From the IMG/VR virus record IMGVR_UViG_3300031227_000026: a stretch of DNA of 64,000 bases; one strand, written 5' to 3'. The DNA comes from an uncultured virus (IMG/VR IMGVR_UViG_3300031227_000026) (taxonomy: Duplodnaviria; Heunggongvirae; Uroviricota; Caudoviricetes). Under the pieces are notes generated by a model that was not told the DNA's origin, searched no databases, and saw only the letters and a program-made list of their open reading frames with translations. Shown here one piece after another: positions 1 to 10,385 of the stretch (the stretch's first letter is position 1; each line of letters opens with the position of its first letter). A program made the position numbers and the translations under genes.

Positions 1-306
1 TTCCTCTAATGCGAATCCTGTTATTGCAGCGGGAGGCGTGAGCGTAGTTTCTTGCGCAGCTGTAAGCACCACTGGAGTTGAAGCAGCTTCCAAAGCTTGA
101 CCTAATGCGGGAATATTGTCAGTCTTAGCTTTGATATCCGCCAAGTTCCCACCTTCCTCTAATGCGAATCCTGTTATTGCAGCGGGAGGCGTGAGCGTAG
201 TTTCTTGCGCAGCTGTAAGCACCACTGGAGTTGAAGCAGCTTCCAAAGCTTGACCTAATGCGGGAATATTGTCAGTCTTACCTTTGATACCCGCCAAGTT
301 CCCATC
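1..306. repeat. 153-bp near-identical tandem repeat (at least 2 copies)
   Basis: 1..153 recurs at 154..306 with about 3 mismatches; encodes GNLAxIKxKTDNIPALGQALEAASTPVVLTAAQETTLTPPAAITGFALEE. Confidence 0.95.
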
Positions 307-663
307 TTCCTTTGCCGGATTTATAATAGTTCCAGCCACATTTTTAAGTTTTACTAATTCGGCACCACCTTCACTGTACCCACCAAGAGCAACACTGTCC
401 GTAATATTTTCAGTAGAAAGATCTCCACTAATTACCGGTGTTCCAGCACCTAACCGACGAACTAAAATGCCTGGCTCATAGATTCTAGTGGTAAATATTC
501 TTGCTGAGTTCGATGGCAAAATTCTCCAAAGATGGTTATCTATAGAAAATTCTGCAGTATCCCCAGTATTGAAGATAGTAAACTCTGCGTCAATACCTCC
601 CCCTGCGAAAATAAGAACCGCATCATCATCTAAAATAATAGTTGTTTCAAATTTTGCAAACAT
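1..663 (-). CDS. Tail-associated protein, 5' part only (runs off the window), with 51-aa tandem repeats
   Basis: Not in the ORF track because it is truncated. GGAG RBS then ATG at 663 (MFAKFETTIILDDDAV...), open to the window edge; follows the tail genes. Confidence 0.7.
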   Translation of the reverse strand, partial: MFAKFETTIILDDDAVLIFAGGGIDAEFTIFNTGDTAEFSIDNHLWRILPSNSARIFTTRIYEPGILVRRLGAGTPVISGDLSTENITDSVALGGYSEGGAELVKLKNVAGTIINPAKEDGNLAGIKGKTDNIPALGQALEAASTPVVLTAAQETTLTPPAAITGFALEEGGNLADIKAKTDNIPALGQALEAASTPVVLTAAQETTLTPPAAITGFALEE

Positions 664-675
664 TTAAATTTCTCC

Positions 676-969
676 TTAAGAACTCATCTCTTCGATTGTC
701 TGAATCACATATGCTACAATAGTACCTACTGTTATTTTCCTATTAGGATCAGTATCATCAACTACTAGTTGTAGAATATCTTCATCAGTAACTTCTTCAA
801 TAGGTCTATCCGGTAATCCCGATATAGCTACTTGGATATACTCTTTTAGAGCCTCTAAAGATATTTTTCTATCCGGTGTCCCATCACCAGGAATTACAAG
901 ATACATAATATCTGTATCTAAAAGTTCCTCAACAGCAACCTCAGCTAAGTCAGTAATTTTCTGACTCAT
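676..969 (-). CDS. Small tail/fibre-associated protein with two internal repeats
   Basis: Duplicated KITDL...DRKIS / ISGL...NRKIT motif; tail module context. Confidence 0.5.
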   Translation of the reverse strand: MSQKITDLAEVAVEELLDTDIMYLVIPGDGTPDRKISLEALKEYIQVAISGLPDRPIEEVTDEDILQLVVDDTDPNRKITVGTIVAYVIQTIEEMSS

Positions 970-2960
970 AATCTATCTCCTTCAAAGTCTATTGTTACTT
1001 CATACAGCGAACTGCTTCTATTTTTTATAACTGTTGGGTCATTTACGAAATACCCTCTAAGGGTTATACCGTCATAATATACCATATCTGTTAATTCACC
1101 CATAGCTTCATTGATAAAGTCTAATAAAGAATTTTTCTTGGTCCATGACAATGAAGAAAATGTCATATGCATCTTTGATACAGGTTCAGTTTTAATATGG
1201 CTATATACCAGTCCAGACATAGCCATATTAAAATATGTTTTTAAGTCTATGATTTCAGAATCACCCAATATTGGGGCAGGTAATTCTATTTCAAATACAG
1301 TATCAACAATTTCAAAAGTTACAGAAGTATTTGTTGTTACTTCCTCTTCATCACATTCTGAAGGTATAATTTCTCCAGCATATCCCGAATCATTTGAACT
1401 ATAGTCTGACTTTATACTATCGACAACGGCTACTACCCAATAATAATAAATTATATGCAACAATGTAGTAGACCCATTGACCATATCATCATAAGAATTT
1501 GTTACTAAGTCTTCAACAAGTAAGTTTGCATTATTTATATTATTTGTTAAAGCTCGCCAAACTTCAAAGGTATCTGCTGTGGGATAAGCGTCCCAAGCCA
1601 ATGCTATTTTTGTATCATAAGTACCATCTGATGCAGTTAATCCAGTCGGCAATGTTGGAATAAAAGCATACCCGCTGTCGCTGGCGCTGTATCCAGAAGG
1701 TGTACCAGAGACTACGGCCAATACCCAATAATAATAAGTAACATCAGCGAATGTTGTTATATCATCAACCGTATCATTGTAGGCTGATGTTAAAATCCCG
1801 TCTGCAAATTTTGTGGCTGTTCCAATTTCGTCAGTCTCTGAACGCCAAACCTCGAATGTATCTGCTGTTGGGTACGCATCCCATGTTAATGCAATTTTAT
1901 CGGCATACGTTCCATCCGATGCGGTCAAGCCTGTTGGTAGAGGCAGTACGCTGTCTTCCCAAGCGCCGTGTGTTATCGTGCCCGCGTAGTCCGCAATGTT
2001 ATTAACCTCGAATAATACCCATGCCACTGTGCGTGTGGTTGCGGCTACACGGACTTCGTCTAAGTTACCGTTAAAAGGGAATGACGTTGCCCTTGACCCA
2101 ATTCTAAAGATTTCATATCCGCCGTCCGGAATTGCGGTCAGCGCAGGCGTTCCCGCCGCCACGCCGTTTATGAAAAAGCTGGCGTTTGAGCCATCGTAAG
2201 ATACTAGGACATGTGACCATGCATTGGCCGCAATCGACCCCGTTGCCTTAACATGGGTGTTCTTCACGGAAATGAAAGGTACCCGAGTATTGCTCCATAG
2301 TCGTAAAGAATACTCTTTAACATAATCGCGTCCTGCGATTTGTGGATAACTTCCACCATTACCCGTTGGCTTTACCCATGCCGATAAAGTTATGTTGCCC
2401 GTGAGTCGAAGACTACTACTATCAGGAGCATCCACTTCATCAAAGGTAATGCCAAATGCAGCACCGCCATCAACCATGCCTTCGCCTGCGTCCACATCAT
2501 TGTATGCTCGCCCATGATTTGTCCCGGCAGAATCTTTGATGTAGTCAGCACCACCAGCAACCCATCCTGCCAATTCGTTAAAGTGCCACACGCCTTTGAA
2601 GTTTCCTGCTCCATTTTCGTTCCACACATCGCTGACTGGCGTATATGCTGTGCCACCCGTCTTGCCGATGTAGATTCGCAAATCCGTATCACTAGCAGAA
2701 CCAACAGAGGGAACACGAACCCAAAAACCTGCATCAACATTTGCTCCGTTGTCCGTCCAGTATTCCCGCTGATAAGGGAGCGGCGTTGAATCTCCGTCGA
2801 GTGTGAACGCAATGTCTAGTCCGCTGTTGAGTGTGTAGTCGTTGAGTTCGGTTGACGTGGCAAACCTAACGTATCCGGGGAAATACGCAAGCGAACTCGC
2901 GGGCTTGTTACCCGTCACGCTTACTTTCTGCGACCAAGCATATCCTGTCAGATTTGCCAT
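966..2960 (-). CDS. Tail adhesin: DUF2341-like + LamG/ConA + 2 FN3 domains + C-terminal Dit-like domain
   Basis: DIAFT..LPYQRE..FWVRVP (DUF2341-like); ITLSAWVKP, WSHV..YDG, FNGNLDEVRV (LamG); two PTGLTASDG..YYYWV repeats (FN3). Confidence 0.8.
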   Translation of the reverse strand: MANLTGYAWSQKVSVTGNKPASSLAYFPGYVRFATSTELNDYTLNSGLDIAFTLDGDSTPLPYQREYWTDNGANVDAGFWVRVPSVGSASDTDLRIYIGKTGGTAYTPVSDVWNENGAGNFKGVWHFNELAGWVAGGADYIKDSAGTNHGRAYNDVDAGEGMVDGGAAFGITFDEVDAPDSSSLRLTGNITLSAWVKPTGNGGSYPQIAGRDYVKEYSLRLWSNTRVPFISVKNTHVKATGSIAANAWSHVLVSYDGSNASFFINGVAAGTPALTAIPDGGYEIFRIGSRATSFPFNGNLDEVRVAATTRTVAWVLFEVNNIADYAGTITHGAWEDSVLPLPTGLTASDGTYADKIALTWDAYPTADTFEVWRSETDEIGTATKFADGILTSAYNDTVDDITTFADVTYYYWVLAVVSGTPSGYSASDSGYAFIPTLPTGLTASDGTYDTKIALAWDAYPTADTFEVWRALTNNINNANLLVEDLVTNSYDDMVNGSTTLLHIIYYYWVVAVVDSIKSDYSSNDSGYAGEIIPSECDEEEVTTNTSVTFEIVDTVFEIELPAPILGDSEIIDLKTYFNMAMSGLVYSHIKTEPVSKMHMTFSSLSWTKKNSLLDFINEAMGELTDMVYYDGITLRGYFVNDPTVIKNRSSSLYEVTIDFEGDRL

Positions 2961-2967
2961 TTTATCC

Positions 2968-3264
2968 TCAGAACGTGACTAATGCCATTTCCATTGCAAT
3001 TGCCTGTGCTTTCAACTCTACGAAGTCAGCGACCAGCAAGTTGGCTTTTGCCTTTGTGACCTGCCAGGCTTTATCGTCCGGGTTTGCCACAAGCCCGGAA
3101 TCAATGTCTGCGATAACCGGTGCATATAGCATAGCCATCGCCGCCAGTATCGCCTTCGTGTTCGTAACAGCCGTTTTTATATTACGCAGCGCATCTTCTG
3201 CCTGCGTATTCTTAGCCATAATTTCGGCTAGATATGCCTCTGCCTTCGAGAAACTAATCGCCAT
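2968..3264 (-). CDS. Hypothetical helical protein in the tail module
   Basis: AGGAG RBS, tight operon packing. Confidence 0.6.
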   Translation of the reverse strand: MAISFSKAEAYLAEIMAKNTQAEDALRNIKTAVTNTKAILAAMAMLYAPVIADIDSGLVANPDDKAWQVTKAKANLLVADFVELKAQAIAMEMALVTF

Positions 3265-3303
3265 TATTCTACTCCTTAAAAGTTTGCCTGTTCAGGCGTC
3301 ACA

Positions 3304-3786
3304 TCAATCTCCAGATATTATTAAATCTATTTCGGATTCTAAAATCATCTGAGTACCAAACTCGCTAACAACTAAGTAATAATCATCGTTATCGGGGTCT
3401 TGCATAAATTGCAAGTTAATATCGTAAGCGCCATCCTTATCCTCGCATCCCTCTACCTCACTGGTAGCGTCCTGCATCGTAACCAATTCAGCAGGATTTA
3501 TAGTAATATATCCTTCCCGCACGACGTAAAGATGATCTATAGTTGTTATCTTAAGACCTGCAGTATTTATTAAGAATGTTCGAAGAGACTCTCTAGTCTC
3601 TCGATTCATACCGCGGATGTCCCATGTAAATGTCTTCAACTTGAACCAATCTTGATCACGATATGCAAATCTATTACCGCCTTCTGTGATTCTATAAATC
3701 GCATGGGTTCTTTGTTCTTCTTCATCTCCAAACTCTGGACTTGGTAGAAGGACGCTATCACCAAGGTATTTTAATATTAGGCTCAT
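3304..3786 (-). CDS. Distal tail (Dit-like) protein
   Basis: First gene after the tape measure; 160 aa; resembles the C-terminus of 966..2960. Confidence 0.6.
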   Translation of the reverse strand: MSLILKYLGDSVLLPSPEFGDEEEQRTHAIYRITEGGNRFAYRDQDWFKLKTFTWDIRGMNRETRESLRTFLINTAGLKITTIDHLYVVREGYITINPAELVTMQDATSEVEGCEDKDGAYDINLQFMQDPDNDDYYLVVSEFGTQMILESEIDLIISGD

Positions 3787-6700
3787 AGTCTTCCTCTACG
3801 TATTTCTTTACTAATGGCCTTACCAATCCTTACAGCATCAATAGTTTCACCACCTGACGACATCAATGATACATTGACATCACCAACATTCGTAATGTTA
3901 CTAGCCACCGAGGAATTTCTACCGGCACTATTCATTGCTTGAATACTTCCAAAAAATTGTCTGGTCGCAGGAGCATTCATAACGAATTCGCCTCTTGACA
4001 AGAGAGCAGGGATATCATCCCTACCATGCATATACTGACCATTTGCTGCTAGAACCATGCCACCCATTATACTTTCTTCACCAGCAGCAGCAGCAGCAGG
4101 ATTCTTCCAGTTTGTTACAAGAAGATCTAAGGCTTCAACTATCTTTGTACGTTCAATATTGCCATCAGCAAGAAGTCTTTCTGTGATTTTAAACGAATCT
4201 CCAAAGGTAGCTAAGTCCAATCGATTGTCACGTATTGCATCAACAAGTTCTTTTGGTGACATTGCGCTTAATCTTTCACTAGCTTTTTCCTCAGCAGTTT
4301 TTTCTCTTGGCTCTTCACCCAGGCTTTTTATTTGTGTTTGTAGTTCGATAATTTTCTTTGTTGCTTCAGCTACAATTTCAGCGCGTTCGGCTGAAGATGT
4401 AGCACCTAAAAGTTTTTCTCGTAGTTCCAAAATAGTTTGAACATTTTCTGCAAGACGTGTTCCATAGTCTTGAAGAGGAGTTCCAGCAAAATATGACTTA
4501 AATTCATTAGACTTAAATTTATTCAAGTCACCAGATTTTAAAATCGCGTCTACAAATTTATCTAAATTAGTTGCCTTTGTTTTAGCTTCCTCACTTAGTC
4601 GCTTTACAAGAATATTTCGTATATTTATTTCATGGCCTATAGCTGTTTTTAATTTTCCTTGACGATCTCTTTCAGGTTGAGATAATCCTTCTTTAACTTC
4701 TTTAGCCTTTAATTCAGCCAATGCTGTTTGATGTTTTGAAAGTTGTGAAGTAGTTTTTTGTATTAGCTTGACAGTTGATTGATATTTTTTGGCGTCTTCT
4801 TTAGCTAATTTTTGATAATCGCCAACAGTACCTATAGTCCCACCTAAATCAAGATCCATAGAAGTTAGTATTTGGCTTTTTATATCAGTTATGAGGCCTT
4901 TAAGTTCTTTAGAGTTTAAAACTAGATGCTCCCAAATACTCGGTTGCTCAATACTTAAATCTTCACCAAAAGCTGCCTCTTTAATACTTTCTGCAGAATC
5001 AGAAACCGCTTTGACTTCATCTTGTAATTTTTTTAACCTGCCTTCAAGTTCTCCAGAAACCTCTGCACCAAATTTAGCCTTAAGATCCACTTTCAACTTA
5101 TCTACTAAGGCATCAAAACTAGCTTCTATATCCTTTCGTTGTCTCTTAAGGTCAAAAATATTTTCAATATCAAGTTTTTCTCTAAATTCTTTACTAAAAC
5201 CGCCTGTTACTTTTTCAAGTTTATCGTACAATTCTACAGAAGCTTGCCGAGCTTTTTCTATTAATGCAAAACGTTTTTTAGGATCAGCTTCTTTAGACTC
5301 GAAAGCTTCTTTGCGTAGCCGCTCTACTTCCGTACGTTTTTCAAGAACCAGATTGAGTTGTTGAAAAGCAAGAGCATTTTTAGCTTGTTCGGCAAGCATA
5401 TTTTTTTGTATATCGACAAGAGTTTTACGAGTACGTTCTGCTCTAGCTAAAGACCATGCATTAAATTGCTCTTCAGCAGCTTTCTTCATATCTGTAATCT
5501 TTTCTATAGCAGCTTTTTCAGAACCTTCTGCCAGAGTATGTTGTTTCTCTAGAAGGGTCATTATATATTTGGATATTGCAGTTAATTCTTTTTCTTCAGC
5601 TTCACGTCGTTTTTGAAGAGATTGTATAGTAATAGCATCTCCAGCTTCGGTAGCTTTTTGGATTTCCCTATCAGTCTTATCAAGTAAGTCCAATTGCTTA
5701 TTATAATTTTCTTTTTGCTCATCATATTCTGTAGTATATTTAGCCATCCGTTCAGCATGTTGCTTTTTTAATATACCTTTTCTCTCGGCTTCAAGATCTT
5801 TAATATTAGTTTTAGATACCTCAGCTTGAGGACTATCGGCTCCAAAAGTTTCTTTAGCCTCGTCAAAAGCAATTTTTGCGGCATCAATTCTATCTTCAAC
5901 ATTTTTTAATTCTTTTGCAGATGCCGCATCTATCTTCATTCTGAAACTAGCTCTTTGAGTAGCTATAGCTGCAGCTGTTATCTTACTTTGATAACGTTCT
6001 ATACGGGATTCAAGAAGTTTGATTACGGAATCAACAGTTTTTAATTTTGCTACTATATTTTCGGAAAGAGAAGAATATCCAGCATCAATAACTGCCTTAA
6101 AATTCTTGAAGACTGTCTCAGTAAGCTCAAACATCTTCTTTATTTCATCTTGAACTCTAAAAAAGACTTTAGAAGTTTGGGACAAGATGTAGGCATAATC
6201 TGACTGTGCTCGTTTCAAAAGTTCTTGGGTCGCTATTAAAGTTGCTTGAAAGGATTCTAGGATATACCTATTTGTTTGTTCCATAAGAGCTTTGAGACCA
6301 AGCTGCCTCAGACGCTCTTCCTCGGCTGCTTTAGCCCTAAAATAAGAAATTACCATATATGCTCCAATAGCCGCGGCAGCTATTAGAGCAATAATACCCA
6401 GTTGTCCAGCAGATATTGCTGCTTTTGCCGTTGCTGTTGCTGCGGCAGCGGCGGCTATTTGCTTCTCGGTTTTTACCACCATCAGATTTGCCACTATCAA
6501 TGCTTTTTTAGCCTCAGTAAGTGCCCATACAGCTTTAATTGTCCGTATAAAATATCTGATAGTTACTGCTATGCCAACGCCTCCTAGAGTCATTATTAGC
6601 ATCTTCACGCCAGCCAGAACAGTCATTATACCTACGTACAAACCTTTAAATCCATCTGTAATTTTTTCGACAAAGTTAAGGAAAGAATTACCAAGCTCAA

Positions 6701-9101
6701 CCTTGAAATAATTAGACAGCCTTGTTAAAGTTATTTCAAGTTTCTTGCCACTATTCTCCATAGCAATTTCAGTTTTATCTGCGAAATCTAAATTTGCTCG
6801 CATTATTTTTTCAAGGTTTGATTTGTATAGATCTGCATTCTTTCCAGCTATAGCCATTGCACCAGATATACCACGAATACGGTTAATATATTTAGCTAAC
6901 TGGGTTGAAGAACCTTGTGTCTTTTCGCTTATGATATCCATAAGCCCACTAAATCCATAGGCTTCGATGGCCGCTTCGCCAGATGCTACACCTAATTCTT
7001 TATATAATTTTTTCATATGCGCTGTGGGTTTTAATAATTCTATCATGATTCCGCGAATCTGTGTCATAGCTTCCCTAGTAGCCATACCTTGAACAGTAAC
7101 TGTTGCAAGCATTGCGCCAACTTCTTCGAAGGATACACCAAGTTGGGCTGCAAGAATAGCAACATTACCAATATCAGCTAATTGTTCAAGACGTATACGC
7201 CCTAATTCTACTATTTTAAACAGCTTAGCAGAAACCTCACTAGATTCACTAACTGTCATTTTATAAGCATTCAATACGCCCGTTAATGACTCTACGGCAA
7301 TTTCAGTTGTTGTCAAAGACACTAGAGCCAAATTATTTGCAATGGTCAAAAATTGAAGAGCTTCAGCACCTTTAGCAATTTGATTTGACATTGTTTGATA
7401 AAGAGCTTCAGCTTGTTTTAAAATATCTATACCAAAGGCATCTGATAATTTGCGAAGTTGAACAATCCATTCTTCGGTACTTTTTGCATCGATACCAGAA
7501 CCTTGGATGGTTCTAATCTCATAGATTTTCTTTTGAAGTTCTATAGCAACTAGAACACCATCTTTAAGAGTACGAACTAATTTAGATATTGCTTGGTGAG
7601 ACAATTGAACGGCAACAAGCCTTACCATTGACCGCCAAGATAATGTATATTCTTTAACTTTTTTATTTAAGGTACTTTGTTGAGTAATTAATTTGCCTTG
7701 TGAAGTCTTTAAAGCTACTGCCGCTTTTTGAGCTTCACCCATTCCACCCGTATATGCTCGTATTTTATTTCTACTAATATCTGTCCATAATGTTCGAATT
7801 TGTGCTAATGTTAATTTGTGTTTATTAGCAATTACTTCTACTTTTTTATAGGCTTCGGTATATGCTAAGGCAGCTGCCGGCGTGGCCTTAGACATATCAG
7901 CCATTGGTATAGCACTTTTTATACTTATTTTCTTCATTGTTTCTGCGCGTAATTTAATATGGGCAGCGCGTGTTGCATCAATTTGCTGGCGTAGTTTCAT
8001 CAATTCTGGAGTATATTCTTTATTAACACCGTCTTTGGAGTCACGCCATACTTTAAGTATAGTACTTCTAGTGAATTTGTATTGATTTTGAAGAGATACT
8101 AATTGCTGACGATGCTGAATAACAGAATTTATTGCTTCTTGAGAAGCGCCTTCTGTAGTACTTATTTTAGTTAATTTTGTTATTGCGCTTTGAGCAGTAA
8201 TTGCTTGTGTCATTTGCTTCTGTATTAGAAGTCTTTTTTCTTCGGACATTGATAATGAATCTACAGAAGATTTTACTTTTCGTAATTGAGCGTCAACGGC
8301 TATCAGCCGTGAAGGGTATTCAACAATCTTTCCGTCTACAATATTCTTCCAAACCATCGCAATATCAGCAGCAGACACCTTGTTTTGGATTTGAAAATCA
8401 ATAACAGCTTGTTTCGCCATTGTTAAAGCGCTAACTTGCTGTTGAGTCGCTGAAGCACCAAATGTTTTGGGCCCAACACCACCAAGCATTGTTTTGGTAG
8501 TGCCTGCTTCTGCTCTGGTCATTGCTTCCTGGACGCGGGTATTTGTCTCCCCAACTATTTGCTGTTCAAGATTTTTTCGTTGAACTAATAGAGCACGTAT
8601 CTTTGCTTCAGCCGCTGTATATGCTCTAACTTTACCTAGATTGAAATCTTCGGTAATTTGCTTGACCTTATTTAAAGAAATCTTTTCATCAAGGGCCGTC
8701 TTGGCTATGGCACTTTGAATCTGACCAAAAGCATCTACATAATTTTGCTTTAGGGTAGCCCCATCCGTTTTAAATTGTGTCTGTTGCGCTAAAAATTTCT
8801 TAACACCATTCGTAAGAGTATTGATTGCTTTCTGTGACTTTACTCCAAATGTTTTAAAAGAACTTTCAGTTTCTTTGACTGCCCCATCAATATACTTGAA
8901 TGTTTTAGTAATTTCTATGCCTTTTTTAGACATATATACCATATGCGCTGAAGTCTCATCAGCTGTAGCGCCAAGTTGTAGAAAAGCATTAACAGGTCCA
9001 ATTGCCGATTTAGTAATTTTTGCCAGCTCGTTTTGAAATTTTACAGCTGATTCTACAACATCTTTTGCTGGCATCGTTACATGTATTTTAGCATCGCTCA
9101 T
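3783..9101 (-). CDS. Tail tape measure protein
   Basis: 1772 aa, helical; TP901-like core (AEALYQ..LTGVLNAY..VELGRIRLEQLA); hydrophobic segments; C-terminal DDIPALLSRGEFVMNA motif. Confidence 0.92.
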   Translation of the reverse strand: MSDAKIHVTMPAKDVVESAVKFQNELAKITKSAIGPVNAFLQLGATADETSAHMVYMSKKGIEITKTFKYIDGAVKETESSFKTFGVKSQKAINTLTNGVKKFLAQQTQFKTDGATLKQNYVDAFGQIQSAIAKTALDEKISLNKVKQITEDFNLGKVRAYTAAEAKIRALLVQRKNLEQQIVGETNTRVQEAMTRAEAGTTKTMLGGVGPKTFGASATQQQVSALTMAKQAVIDFQIQNKVSAADIAMVWKNIVDGKIVEYPSRLIAVDAQLRKVKSSVDSLSMSEEKRLLIQKQMTQAITAQSAITKLTKISTTEGASQEAINSVIQHRQQLVSLQNQYKFTRSTILKVWRDSKDGVNKEYTPELMKLRQQIDATRAAHIKLRAETMKKISIKSAIPMADMSKATPAAALAYTEAYKKVEVIANKHKLTLAQIRTLWTDISRNKIRAYTGGMGEAQKAAVALKTSQGKLITQQSTLNKKVKEYTLSWRSMVRLVAVQLSHQAISKLVRTLKDGVLVAIELQKKIYEIRTIQGSGIDAKSTEEWIVQLRKLSDAFGIDILKQAEALYQTMSNQIAKGAEALQFLTIANNLALVSLTTTEIAVESLTGVLNAYKMTVSESSEVSAKLFKIVELGRIRLEQLADIGNVAILAAQLGVSFEEVGAMLATVTVQGMATREAMTQIRGIMIELLKPTAHMKKLYKELGVASGEAAIEAYGFSGLMDIISEKTQGSSTQLAKYINRIRGISGAMAIAGKNADLYKSNLEKIMRANLDFADKTEIAMENSGKKLEITLTRLSNYFKVELGNSFLNFVEKITDGFKGLYVGIMTVLAGVKMLIMTLGGVGIAVTIRYFIRTIKAVWALTEAKKALIVANLMVVKTEKQIAAAAAATATAKAAISAGQLGIIALIAAAAIGAYMVISYFRAKAAEEERLRQLGLKALMEQTNRYILESFQATLIATQELLKRAQSDYAYILSQTSKVFFRVQDEIKKMFELTETVFKNFKAVIDAGYSSLSENIVAKLKTVDSVIKLLESRIERYQSKITAAAIATQRASFRMKIDAASAKELKNVEDRIDAAKIAFDEAKETFGADSPQAEVSKTNIKDLEAERKGILKKQHAERMAKYTTEYDEQKENYNKQLDLLDKTDREIQKATEAGDAITIQSLQKRREAEEKELTAISKYIMTLLEKQHTLAEGSEKAAIEKITDMKKAAEEQFNAWSLARAERTRKTLVDIQKNMLAEQAKNALAFQQLNLVLEKRTEVERLRKEAFESKEADPKKRFALIEKARQASVELYDKLEKVTGGFSKEFREKLDIENIFDLKRQRKDIEASFDALVDKLKVDLKAKFGAEVSGELEGRLKKLQDEVKAVSDSAESIKEAAFGEDLSIEQPSIWEHLVLNSKELKGLITDIKSQILTSMDLDLGGTIGTVGDYQKLAKEDAKKYQSTVKLIQKTTSQLSKHQTALAELKAKEVKEGLSQPERDRQGKLKTAIGHEINIRNILVKRLSEEAKTKATNLDKFVDAILKSGDLNKFKSNEFKSYFAGTPLQDYGTRLAENVQTILELREKLLGATSSAERAEIVAEATKKIIELQTQIKSLGEEPREKTAEEKASERLSAMSPKELVDAIRDNRLDLATFGDSFKITERLLADGNIERTKIVEALDLLVTNWKNPAAAAAGEESIMGGMVLAANGQYMHGRDDIPALLSRGEFVMNAPATRQFFGSIQAMNSAGRNSSVASNITNVGDVNVSLMSSGGETIDAVRIGKAISKEIRRGRL

Positions 9102-9104
9102 AGT

Positions 9105-9704
9105 TTAATTTCCTAACCCAGATTTTAATTGCTTGGTTAGTATCTCAGCAATTTTTTTTGCATTCAAGTATCTTGAAACATTCCCTTTCCAAGATTTAAC
9201 AAAAGCTTGCTTACCAAAAAACATTGACCGCCAATTTCCAGATTCACCAGGATATAATTGCCAATTTTCAGATGCTTCGTGAACATAATACTGATATACA
9301 GCAAGTATAAATAGAAATCTAAAAGTTCCTTTTTTTGATTTTGCAAAACCAAGTTTGTAAGCATTTTCACCAAGTTGTATACCAAATGCATGTGATTTCG
9401 GTTGCCCTATTTGATTTGCAAATCGAGCTAAATGGCTTTTTGCTCCAAGACCATGCGCCTTACCCCCTCTAAAAACTCTACTATAAATCTTACGTGTGGT
9501 ATGTTGTTTTAAAATTTTAGCCAAAGGTACTAAAGAACCCATGGACATACCTGTATCTATTTTTATTCTTAAAGACATAGCATTAATACATGCTATAGCA
9601 GACGACGCCCAACATTCTTCAAGATGGTCAAAAATATATTTAGTGAGTTTGTCTCCCCCTTTATAAGTGGGCGGGCGGCGTTTCATACTTAATTGTCTTG
9701 GCAT
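9105..9704 (-). CDS. Basic tail-completion/neck-like protein
   Basis: IDTG motif and Lys/Arg-rich; position only. Confidence 0.4.
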   Translation of the reverse strand: MPRQLSMKRRPPTYKGGDKLTKYIFDHLEECWASSAIACINAMSLRIKIDTGMSMGSLVPLAKILKQHTTRKIYSRVFRGGKAHGLGAKSHLARFANQIGQPKSHAFGIQLGENAYKLGFAKSKKGTFRFLFILAVYQYYVHEASENWQLYPGESGNWRSMFFGKQAFVKSWKGNVSRYLNAKKIAEILTKQLKSGLGN

Positions 9705-9713
9705 GCTGATTTC

Positions 9714-9938
9714 CTAAATCATTGGGCAAGAACCGCGTGATTCTGATTCTTCATATTCACGTACCTGACTATATGCTATAAGAAGGGCTTGTGTCCAAAT
9801 ATCATTTTGAGACCAGACAGGATTAACATTATCAGGTTTTATGTCCATCCTCTCACAAACCCTCCAAATAGCATATAATTCAGTCCTGCCTTTAGGCAGG
9901 TTTCGTTGTCTTACTGCTCCTGCCGAGTAGCTAAAAAA
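9714..9938 (-). CDS. -1 frameshift extension of the tail assembly chaperone (gpGT-like)
   Basis: Slippery T TTT TTA at 9938..9932; the -1 frame stays open (SYSAGAVRQRNLPKGRTELYAIWRVCERM...) to TAG at 9714. Confidence 0.85.
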   Translation of the reverse strand, partial: FFSYSAGAVRQRNLPKGRTELYAIWRVCERMDIKPDNVNPVWSQNDIWTQALLIAYSQVREYEESESRGSCPMI

Positions 9939-10375
9939 CGTTGAGTTGCTTGATCGATCTTTTCTTGATCTAGACCATTTGCTTCAATAGCAATTTGTAT
10001 CAATCTAGATACTTCAAGATCCGAAAAACCGGACTCTTTCAACTCTGTAGCATACTCAGGCCATGTTTCAGGATTAGACATATCTACTTTTTCCCAAGTA
10101 AGCTCTTTAGTAGCTTCAAGGGACTTGAGTATAATCCAACATGTCTTGTATTCTGCCCACTTCGTTAATGCTTTTGTGTATACGGGGTCAGTAACATCCT
10201 GACTTTTAAGTCCACCAGGTCGTACAACAATAGGCGGAGTGGGCTGCGGGCACACTTTATCGAAATCATCAAACGATGCAACAGTTTGGGCTTTGAAGAC
10301 AAGATCTTCACCGTCTCTTGGAATAACGCATATTGCTTCACGCGGGCCATCATACTTTTTTCCATTGAATAACAT
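9911..10375 (-). CDS. Tail assembly chaperone (gpG-like)
   Basis: Follows the tail tube gene; ends in a slippery heptamer. Confidence 0.8.
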   Translation of the reverse strand: MLFNGKKYDGPREAICVIPRDGEDLVFKAQTVASFDDFDKVCPQPTPPIVVRPGGLKSQDVTDPVYTKALTKWAEYKTCWIILKSLEATKELTWEKVDMSNPETWPEYATELKESGFSDLEVSRLIQIAIEANGLDQEKIDQATQRFLATRQEQ

Positions 10376-10385
10376 TTCTTAACTC

